A DNA stretch of 32,000 nt, taken from positions 450,001-482,000 of the forward strand of contig NZ_CP074694.1 in the NCBI RefSeq assembly GCF_018398935.1, written 5' to 3'. Position 1 is the first letter of the stretch; every line of letters starts with the position of its first letter. The notes under the pieces are model-generated. The model saw only the letters and a program-made list of their open reading frames with translations. It was not told where the DNA came from and searched no databases. A program made the translations under genes and the position numbers. The stretch is from Telmatocola sphagniphila (GTDB lineage: Bacteria > Planctomycetota > Planctomycetia > Gemmatales > Gemmataceae). Shown here piece by piece: positions 25,229 through 32,000 of this stretch.

Positions 25229-27205
25229 ATGAACGGGACGCTTTTTGGCATTATCGAGTTCGAAAAGGATCCGCCACGCTTCGATTACTTTTGGAGGTAT
25301 TTCGAAAGCTGGGCTCAGGATGCCGGTGGTTTTGCGGCGCTTGCCCTTTTGATGCTGGCCATCAGCCAGTTCTTTGCCCGCGATAACAGCCGCACCGTAC
25401 GTTTCAATACTCTGATGCGTCTTTTCAGCTTCGTTGCGTTCATCGGCTACGCTGTGTATATCGCGATCATGATCAGCGGTTCGTTGTTTCCTGCCCGCGA
25501 ACAGATGCGACTCGATGGAGTTGCGGAGACCAGCTTCAAGTTCAAAAATCTCTCGAAGGAAGGGTTGGAGGATATCAGCGGCAAACTGCTGATGTTCAGT
25601 GGTTTAGCGGCTATGATCGCTTTTGCGACTCCCTTCTTCATCGACCTTTTCAAGATGCGCTTCCGGCGGATTTTCGCTCTCGCCAAATTGAGCTTCGTAG
25701 AGGCGATGCGGCGCAAGATCTTCTGGGTCTTCCTGGCCTTTTTGATCGTCTTCCTCTTCCCCGCCAAGTGGTTCTTCAGCATTAAGGCGGAAGACGAAGT
25801 TCGTAGTAGCGTCAGCGTCGTTCACTATGTGCTGGAAATTCTGCTGGTGCCGATTTCCTTGATGCTGGCGGCCTTCAGCATTCCCAACGATGTCAAGAAC
25901 CAGACGATTCACACCGTGGTTACCAAGCCCGTCGAACGCTTTGAAATTCTGCTGGGCCGTTTCATCGGTTATATGTCTCTGATGACCGTCGCTCTTTTTG
26001 GTCTCACGGCCATCAGTTACGTGTTGATCTCGGCATCCAAAATCGATCCTTTGGCCGCTGAAGAGAGTATGAAAGCCCGTCTTCCGAAATACGGGGTGAT
26101 GGATTTCCTCGCCAAGCAGGAAAATTTTGTCGGGGTCGATGTCGGTAATGAAAAGACGTATCGGAAATTTATCGCCGGTGGTCCGACCAGTTCGCACCGC
26201 GGCCTCTACAGCTTCTCCGATATTTCAGGCTTGTCCTCGATGTCCGCGGTACCGTGCGAGTTCGCCTTCGATATTTACCGATTGACGAAGGGGGAAGAGA
26301 ATCGAGGGATCCAGACCTCGTTTGATTTCCGCAGCTGGAAGTACGATAGTTCGCCGGCTCGCGAAGCCGAGTACGATGCCGCTGTTCGGGATATCCGGAA
26401 CGCTCAGCCTCCCGAAGACGAGTCCGATACGATTCAGGCCGAGAGGTGGAAGAAGGCCAATGAAGTCGCCCGGAAATTTGGCCGGTACGAGTTCAAGGGC
26501 TTCCCGATGCTGAACTACCATACGTATGGGATCAAGGTTCCTCCGGCGCTTTTCGAAAATGCCGCTTCCGGAACTCCACCCAAGGTGATCCGAAAATTTA
26601 CCGATGGTTCGACCGAGGAGCACCACCCTTACGTATTCGTTTATGTCCATTGCGATAGCCCTTCGCAGATGCTGGGGATTGCTCAGTACGACCTCTACTT
26701 TCTGGAAGCGGAAGGCAAGTTCAGCTTCAACTACTTCAAGGGGGTTGTCGGAATCTGGTGCCGCCTGGCACTCGCTATCGGGTTGGCCGTTGTCTTCAGT
26801 ACTTACTTCGCGGGCATCATCAGTCTGCTGCTGGCCTTCTTCCTCTTCCTTCTCGGGTACTTCACCGAGTTCCTGGTCAGTCTGGCCACCAAGACGAATC
26901 CGGGGGGTGGGCCAATGGAAGCCTTAACGAAGCTGGTACGTGGGGATGTCGCGGCCACGCCTCTGGAAAATAGCCCGGTTGTATCCGTGGTCTTGTTCGC
27001 GGACGATATTTTCCGCTGGTTCGTCCGCCGGTTCTTCAACATCGTGCCGGATATCGATCGTTTTGTCTGGGCCAATTACGTTTCGGAAGGTTTCAGTATC
27101 CGTCCCGAACTGATGGCCGTGAATATTCTCTTCCTGATCGGATACCTATTGCCCTGGTTTCTGATCGGTTACTATCTGCTTAAGACGCGGGAAATTGCCG
27201 CTTAA
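25229..27205 (+). CDS. ABC-2-family permease, unusually large (658 aa) with N-terminal 3-TM extension and about 235-aa soluble insertion
   Basis: The ABC-2 core starts near aa 148 (LAKLSFVEAMRRKIFWVFLAFLIVFL) and carries IPNDVKNQTIHTVVTKPVERFEILLGRFIGY, the E-x-GT-x-E..P-x-x-R..GK-like motif of NosY/GldF-type permeases. A hydrophilic block spans aa ~270-505 (nt ~26036-26744). More TM helices follow to the C-terminus. Confidence 0.7.
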   Translation: MNGTLFGIIEFEKDPPRFDYFWRYFESWAQDAGGFAALALLMLAISQFFARDNSRTVRFNTLMRLFSFVAFIGYAVYIAIMISGSLFPAREQMRLDGVAETSFKFKNLSKEGLEDISGKLLMFSGLAAMIAFATPFFIDLFKMRFRRIFALAKLSFVEAMRRKIFWVFLAFLIVFLFPAKWFFSIKAEDEVRSSVSVVHYVLEILLVPISLMLAAFSIPNDVKNQTIHTVVTKPVERFEILLGRFIGYMSLMTVALFGLTAISYVLISASKIDPLAAEESMKARLPKYGVMDFLAKQENFVGVDVGNEKTYRKFIAGGPTSSHRGLYSFSDISGLSSMSAVPCEFAFDIYRLTKGEENRGIQTSFDFRSWKYDSSPAREAEYDAAVRDIRNAQPPEDESDTIQAERWKKANEVARKFGRYEFKGFPMLNYHTYGIKVPPALFENAASGTPPKVIRKFTDGSTEEHHPYVFVYVHCDSPSQMLGIAQYDLYFLEAEGKFSFNYFKGVVGIWCRLALAIGLAVVFSTYFAGIISLLLAFFLFLLGYFTEFLVSLATKTNPGGGPMEALTKLVRGDVAATPLENSPVVSVVLFADDIFRWFVRRFFNIVPDIDRFVWANYVSEGFSIRPELMAVNILFLIGYLLPWFLIGYYLLKTREIAA

Positions 27206-27227
27206 TTTGGGAGTTTGACGGGGACCC

Positions 27228-29273
27228 ATGGCAAATACGTTTCAAAAAGCCGCGTTCAACCGGAAGCTGACTTATTCAGTTCTCATCGTGGCCATTTTCG
27301 TGGTGACGTTGTTCGGACGCGGAAAGTTTACCCTGCCCGGGGATTTGAATAAATACACGGTCAAATCCCAGGCGGATCGCTGGAAATTGAGTTCCGACTC
27401 GCGCGGCGGCTCGGAGCTTTCCGGAAAAGCCATTCAACTGGTGCTAACCGGCTCTCAAGGTCTGGTGACTTGCATTCTCTGGCTCAAAGCCAACGACTAC
27501 CAGCGGAATCAGGAATGGAATAAGCTGGAAGTTGTGGTCGACTCGGCCACGAAGCTTCAGCCCTACTTCTTGACTCCCTGGTTGTTCCAGTCATGGAATC
27601 TGGCCTACAACGTGTCGGTGACCATGACGCGCATGAACGACATGTATTTCTACATTGCGCGTGGAATTTCCCTGTTGGCCGAAGGGGAATCGATCAACGA
27701 AAACAGCCCCGATTTACGCTATAACATCGGACTGTATCTTCAGAATAAATTCACGGTCAGCGATAAAGTGAACACCCTTCGCTGTCTTTACCAGCTTTCC
27801 TGCATTCCTCCGGATGAGCGAAAGGCCGATCTGCTTCTGACGCCCGATCGCAAGGCAGTGAACATGCAGGCCTTCCTCGAATTCTGCAACAAACATCCCC
27901 AGCTGGTGCGTCGGCTCCGCGAATCGACAGTGGCTTTGAGCCAGCCGGCCGATATCGTGAACTTCCTGAAAGAGAACGTTAAAGTTCCCACCCGTTATCG
28001 GGATGGAATGAACCTGGAAGTTTCCGGGTACAATCAGTTCCCGGTGTTGCCGCCGCAATTTTTGAACGATGAAGCGGAAGAGCTGACCCCGAAGCGGGAA
28101 ATCCAGGATCGCGATGCGGATGCGCTTGTGGCTGCCCGAGCCTGGTACCGTTATTCCATGGTGCCCGTGCCGCCGCCGAATAATCGTCCGGTGCATCTGG
28201 CGACCGAGGAAGAAAAAGCCAAGTATCGAATTCCCAAGTCACCGATGTTGGTGATTTTCCTTCAAGCGGCCCCGCGCTCCCAGACTTATATCGCGGAACG
28301 GCTTCAAAAAGAAGGCTGGATCGATAACGACCCCTGGAAAGTCGATGAGTTTCGCGATATCGGTGAACCGGAACGCTGGTTTACCCAGGATGTTGCCATT
28401 CCGCCGAGCATGACTTCTCAGGAAGCGTGGGAAAAAGCCTTCCGCATGTGGGATGAGCACGGTAAGGGACGCGGTCTGTTCTACGATAAGGCGACCATGG
28501 CGAATTTGGTGAGCCGGGCGCGCGAGTTCGCTCAACATCGCGGTAAAGCGATCGAGGAATTGGGGCAACAGACGGAAGCGACTCCGGAAGAATTGGCCGA
28601 TCCCATACTGCGTGATCGCTTCGAAGCCTATGAGGACCTGCGAAATTTCCGCTTGAATGCATCCGTAACGAACTTTAAATCCTTCCTCTTCTGCTCTGAA
28701 GCCGAGATGGACCGAGATACACTGGAAGCCCGAAAGATCTTCTTCAAGGCTGAGCAATATAAGAAGATGGCAAAAACCTCCAAGGCTCCTGCCCTGTACG
28801 TCAAGGCATTCGAACTATGGAAAAAAGTGTTTTTGAAGAATCCGTATTTCCATCGCGGCGATGAGGAAGCGGGCGGAAACGAAGGGGATAAGCAACAGGA
28901 AGAAGTTCTGGAATACGAGATCAACTACCTGGATATCATCACTGGTCCTTACCTGAGCAAACGCCGTGAAGCCGTTCTGGCTCTGAATGATATAATGAAT
29001 GGCTTAGGTGCGGCGGGAACGCGTGATCCGCTGCAAGTCCTTGGAAGCGTTTATCTGATGAATGAGGCTAAGCTGGTCTCAGTAAGCGATCGGATCGAAC
29101 CGCTTCCGCAACCTGGGCCGCTGGACGGTGATGATCCTAATGGCCGTCCCTGGATCTCACCCTACATCCGAGAACGCGTGAAGCAGCGGTTGGCGCCGAC
29201 CAGACAAGCGGCGGCTCAGGCGGCTCAATCCGCTCCCCGGCCTACACCAACCACATCGTCCGTTGGTCCTTGA
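27228..29273 (+). CDS. hypothetical N-terminally anchored 681-aa protein, co-oriented with the ABC-2 genes
   Basis: A single N-terminal TM (LTYSVLIVAIFVVTLF) is followed by a long, mostly helical-looking soluble region ending in a Pro/Ala/Gln-rich tail. No motif recognised. It starts 22 nt after the permease stop. Confidence 0.7.
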   Translation: MANTFQKAAFNRKLTYSVLIVAIFVVTLFGRGKFTLPGDLNKYTVKSQADRWKLSSDSRGGSELSGKAIQLVLTGSQGLVTCILWLKANDYQRNQEWNKLEVVVDSATKLQPYFLTPWLFQSWNLAYNVSVTMTRMNDMYFYIARGISLLAEGESINENSPDLRYNIGLYLQNKFTVSDKVNTLRCLYQLSCIPPDERKADLLLTPDRKAVNMQAFLEFCNKHPQLVRRLRESTVALSQPADIVNFLKENVKVPTRYRDGMNLEVSGYNQFPVLPPQFLNDEAEELTPKREIQDRDADALVAARAWYRYSMVPVPPPNNRPVHLATEEEKAKYRIPKSPMLVIFLQAAPRSQTYIAERLQKEGWIDNDPWKVDEFRDIGEPERWFTQDVAIPPSMTSQEAWEKAFRMWDEHGKGRGLFYDKATMANLVSRAREFAQHRGKAIEELGQQTEATPEELADPILRDRFEAYEDLRNFRLNASVTNFKSFLFCSEAEMDRDTLEARKIFFKAEQYKKMAKTSKAPALYVKAFELWKKVFLKNPYFHRGDEEAGGNEGDKQQEEVLEYEINYLDIITGPYLSKRREAVLALNDIMNGLGAAGTRDPLQVLGSVYLMNEAKLVSVSDRIEPLPQPGPLDGDDPNGRPWISPYIRERVKQRLAPTRQAAAQAAQSAPRPTPTTSSVGP

Positions 29274-29288
29274 TTTGGAAAGCCATAC

Positions 29289-30047
29289 ATGTCGAAGTCG
29301 GTTCTCGCAATTCTCGCCCATCCCGACGATGCAGAAATACTTTGTGCGGGAACGCTGATCCGACTTCGGCAGGAACATAACTGGACGGTTCACATTGCGA
29401 CCATGACTGCGGGTGACTGCGGCACGGCGGAATATCCTCCCGAAAAAATTGCCGAGATTAGACGATCCGAGGGAGCTTCGGCCGCGAAGCTCATCGGGGG
29501 CGAGTACCACTGCCTGGGAGCTCGCGATATGCGAGTGGAGTACTCGAACGATCTGGTGGAGAAAACGGTTCAACTGATGTGTAAAGTTCGTGCGTCCGTC
29601 GTGCTGACGCACAGCCCCGATGATTACCACCCCGATCACGAAGCTACCAGCAAAATCGTACGCACTGCCACCTTTGCGGCCCCTATCCCCAATTATCTTC
29701 ATGGCCGCTGGATCGATCCACCTCTGGAGCATATTCCTCACCTCTACTATTGCGACCCGGTGGAAGGCAAAGATATTCTGGGACGCCCGATCGTGCCGGG
29801 ATTCTGGATCGAAGTGACGAAGGTCATGGATTTGAAATCGCAGATGCTGGCCGCTCATGCCAGCCAGCGAAACTGGCTGATCAAACATCACGGTGTGGAC
29901 GATTACATCATTTCAATGAAAGACTGGTCCGCCAAACAGGGTAAAAATGTCGCCTTTGAGTATGCCGAAGGATTTCGGCAGCATCTGGGACACAGCTATC
30001 CCCAGAACAATTTACTCGCAGAGCTACTCGGGTCCAAAACGCTCTAA
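29289..30047 (+). CDS. PIG-L/LmbE-family N-acetylglucosaminyl deacetylase
   Basis: LAILAHPDDAEILCAGTL (the AHPDD-x-E motif) and HSPDDYHPDHEATS (HPDH). Confidence 0.85.
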   Translation: MSKSVLAILAHPDDAEILCAGTLIRLRQEHNWTVHIATMTAGDCGTAEYPPEKIAEIRRSEGASAAKLIGGEYHCLGARDMRVEYSNDLVEKTVQLMCKVRASVVLTHSPDDYHPDHEATSKIVRTATFAAPIPNYLHGRWIDPPLEHIPHLYYCDPVEGKDILGRPIVPGFWIEVTKVMDLKSQMLAAHASQRNWLIKHHGVDDYIISMKDWSAKQGKNVAFEYAEGFRQHLGHSYPQNNLLAELLGSKTL

Positions 30048-30712
30048 GTCGCTGGTTTTTCCAGAAAATCGATCTGGGCTGCGAGCGCAGTCTTCACTCG
30101 CGTCACATATTTATTCCGTCCGATTTCGGTTGCCCCCAAACTGCGCGTGTGGTCATTGATGATCTGCACATCCACGAGTAGATACCCGCGAGCTTTCAAA
30201 TGGTTGATCAAGTACGCCAAGGCCACTTTGGAAGCATCGGTTTCGCGGAAGAACATCGATTCCGCACTGAAGAGTCCGCCGACGCCCACTCCGTAAACGC
30301 CTCCTACCAGCACGCCGTCCAGCCAGGCTTCGGCGGAATGGGCAAAACCCAGTTTGTGCATCCGGGAGTAGGCACGCAGCATTTCGCTGTTGATCCAGGT
30401 TCCCTCGGGGCGATGCCGGCCGCACTCCGCCATGACCATTTCGAAGGCCGAGTCTAAGCGGGTGATGAACTTTTGTTTGCGAATGGTTTTGGCGAGGCTT
30501 TTGGAAATGTGAAAGTCGTCATATTCGATAATTGCTCGGGGATTGGGGGACCACCAGAGGATGGGATCTCCTTCGGAGAACCAGGGGAAAACCCCGTCCG
30601 CGTAGGCGTTGAGCAATGTTTCGGGAGACAAATCCCCACCTACGCCGACCAATCCTTCATCATCGGCCAGGTGAACGGGGATCCAGGGTTTTTTGAAGCC
30701 GGTCGATTTCAC
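30044..30712 (-). CDS. aat: leucyl/phenylalanyl-tRNA--protein transferase
   Basis: Motifs: GLVGVGGDLSPETLLNAYADGVFPWF, ILWWSPNPRAI, WINSEMLRAYSRMHKLGFAHSAEAW, LVGGVYGV..GGLFSAESMF, DASKVALAYL. The GTG start overlaps the upstream gene's TGA (GTGA at 30709-30712). Confidence 0.9.
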   Translation of the reverse strand: MKSTGFKKPWIPVHLADDEGLVGVGGDLSPETLLNAYADGVFPWFSEGDPILWWSPNPRAIIEYDDFHISKSLAKTIRKQKFITRLDSAFEMVMAECGRHRPEGTWINSEMLRAYSRMHKLGFAHSAEAWLDGVLVGGVYGVGVGGLFSAESMFFRETDASKVALAYLINHLKARGYLLVDVQIINDHTRSLGATEIGRNKYVTRVKTALAAQIDFLEKPAT

Positions 30713-31362
30713 TTGTCGAGCGATTCGAGGAGTTTCTTGGCCTCATCCACCGATTTGGAATTCGGATGTTTGTCGAGTATTTCTTTCAGGAGATCTTTCG
30801 CTTTCTCGTTCCGGTTCAGGGAGATATAGTTCTTGGCATTGTTCAGCAGACGCTTGGCTTCCTTGTCGTCGCTGGCCGAATCGGATTTGGTGGTATCTTT
30901 CTTCTCCGGCATGTCCTTGTCCTTCGCCTTTGCCTCTTCCTTCTTCTTCCCGTCGGGGGCATTCTCATCGCCTCGGAAATTGCCCTTCTTCAAAAGGAGC
31001 CAGCCATCGTAACGGTCGCCCGGCTTGGAAACGATGATATAGCCGAGGTCGAGAGGCTTCAAAGCCGAATCCAGGATCTCCTCGACGGTTTTGTTCTGGA
31101 CCACAACGGTAATGCGGGAATTCATGGAGACCCCCTGATCGGGGTAAGTGCTCAGGCTGCCTTTTTTAATATCCTGGAGATTCCCTGAGATTTCCTTTAG
31201 CACCTCCCGGAGCATCTCGTTCTTCATCTCAATGCTGATTTTGATTTTGAGCCGGGCGCGGGTGGCCGCGGCGGCCGGCGAATCCTTGGTGGTTTGCGCT
31301 TCCCCGGGAAGGGTAAACAACAAGGCCATCACCAGAACGGGAAGAAGAGTGATTCGACGCAT
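30709..31362 (-). CDS. secreted hypothetical protein with Lys/Asp-rich linker and helical C-terminus
   Basis: 217 aa. Signal peptide MRRITLLPVLVMALLFTLPGEAQ. No enzyme motif recognised. Translationally coupled to aat. Confidence 0.7.
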   Translation of the reverse strand: MRRITLLPVLVMALLFTLPGEAQTTKDSPAAAATRARLKIKISIEMKNEMLREVLKEISGNLQDIKKGSLSTYPDQGVSMNSRITVVVQNKTVEEILDSALKPLDLGYIIVSKPGDRYDGWLLLKKGNFRGDENAPDGKKKEEAKAKDKDMPEKKDTTKSDSASDDKEAKRLLNNAKNYISLNRNEKAKDLLKEILDKHPNSKSVDEAKKLLESLDK

Positions 31363-31530
31363 GTCAGACCCTCCAGATTGCCGGGAAAATAGCTGGGAAT
31401 TTGTGCGAAATCAGCGGTTTTAAGAGGCTGAATTTCTTTACCTAATTAATAGAATACGCAATGATGAAAAAAGTTCCTTGAGATTCGTTCGGAAGCCATT
31501 TTCGGACCCGCTAACTAAAGGAAAAACCAC

Positions 31531-32000
31531 TTGGCCGATACACCTCCCAGCGGGGGCACTCCCGCCCCGTTGCCAATGCCGACGCTGGAAATCGAATCCG
31601 AACTCCGCGACAGCTATCTCGCTTACGCGATGAGCGTGATCGTCAGCCGGGCATTACCCGACGTGAGAGATGGTCTGAAACCCTCGCATCGGCGCATCCT
31701 GGTGGCCATGAACGACCTGGGCCTGGGGCCCTCTTCCTCCACCAGCAAGTGCGCGGCCATCGTCGGCGAGACGATGAAGCGCTACCACCCGCACGGCGAC
31801 GCTAGCATTTACGATTCGCTGGTCCGCATGACCCAGAACTGGGCTCTCCGTTACACACTGGTTCATGGTCAGGGCAATTTCGGATCGATTGCAGGTCTGC
31901 CCGCCGCGGCCCACCGCTACACCGAAGCCCGGCTCACCAACCTCGCCGCCGAGATGCTGGAAGATCTCAATAACGACACAGTCGATTTTATCGACAACTA
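31531..32000 (+). CDS. gyrA: DNA gyrase subunit A (type IIA topoisomerase A subunit), 5' partial
   Basis: Not in the track because it runs off the right edge. My translation gives ...[47 protein letters not shown]...[38 protein letters not shown]...[11 protein letters not shown] start at 31531 with aaagga upstream; an alternative ATG lies at 31576. Confidence 0.85.
   Translation, partial: MADTPPSGGTPAPLPMPTLEIESELRDSYLAYAMSVIVSRALPDVRDGLKPSHRRILVAMNDLGLGPSSSTSKCAAIVGETMKRYHPHGDASIYDSLVRMTQNWALRYTLVHGQGNFGSIAGLPAAAHRYTEARLTNLAAEMLEDLNNDTVDFIDN

Noticed and set aside
25447-29891. Antisense or off-frame ORFs within the permease, the 681-aa gene and the PIG-L gene (e.g. 25604..26197, 26225..26650, 27714..28196, 28239..28757, 29157..29891)
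   Set aside because: Each is fully contained in a longer ORF on the other strand or in another frame that has TM-helix periodicity or conserved motifs. None has an independent RBS or motif that I could see.
31654-31914. 86-aa minus-strand ORF
   Set aside because: It is antisense to the highly conserved gyrA N-terminal region.
1-32000. Search for CRISPR arrays, tandem repeats, rRNA, additional tRNAs, and a second copy of the tRNA-Ser 3' end (attR)
   Set aside because: Reading through the window I saw no regularly spaced direct repeats, no other cloverleaf-compatible GGTTCGAATCC-type T-arm, and no second match to ggagagagggagattcgaac. This was an eye scan, not a computation, so short or degenerate repeats could have been missed.

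Overview
This is a 32-kb bacterial chromosomal window. Gene content and protein style look Planctomycetota/PVC-like, but that is inference only and was not checked against any database. The window has three parts. (i) 1-6.1 kb is an insertion-sequence graveyard with four different IS types. These are an rve/DDE transposase running off the left edge, an IS66-like N-terminal stub, an intact IS4/IS701-like element (1701-3291, perfect 24-bp inverted repeats) cutting that stub, and a complete IS3-family element (4819-6087) with an A7 -1 frameshift site. A DUF1963/YwqG-like gene sits between the IS elements. (ii) 6.1-21.1 kb is a compositionally mosaic accessory region. Very AT-rich orphan genes and at least three broken genes are interleaved with ordinary-looking genes (7Fe ferredoxin, rhomboid protease, HDAC11-like deacetylase, Kelch-like propeller). 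It ends in a truncated tyrosine integrase abutting tRNA-Ser(GGA) (21954-22040), the signature of a decayed tRNA-targeting integrative element. (iii) 22.1-32 kb is a higher-GC housekeeping block. It holds an M24 peptidase, ubiE/menG, a tight four-gene ABC-2 module (ATPase, oversized permease, 681-aa anchored protein of unknown function, PIG-L deacetylase), aat, a secreted protein and the 5' part of gyrA. I saw no CRISPR array, rRNA or recognisable defence or secretion machinery. The best candidates for undescribed biology are the ABC-2/681-aa/PIG-L module, the 493-aa anchored protein plus Kelch propeller pair, and the AT-rich orphan block at 13.7-15.8 kb with its 31-bp palindrome. All functional calls rest on motifs I recognised by eye; no searches were run.
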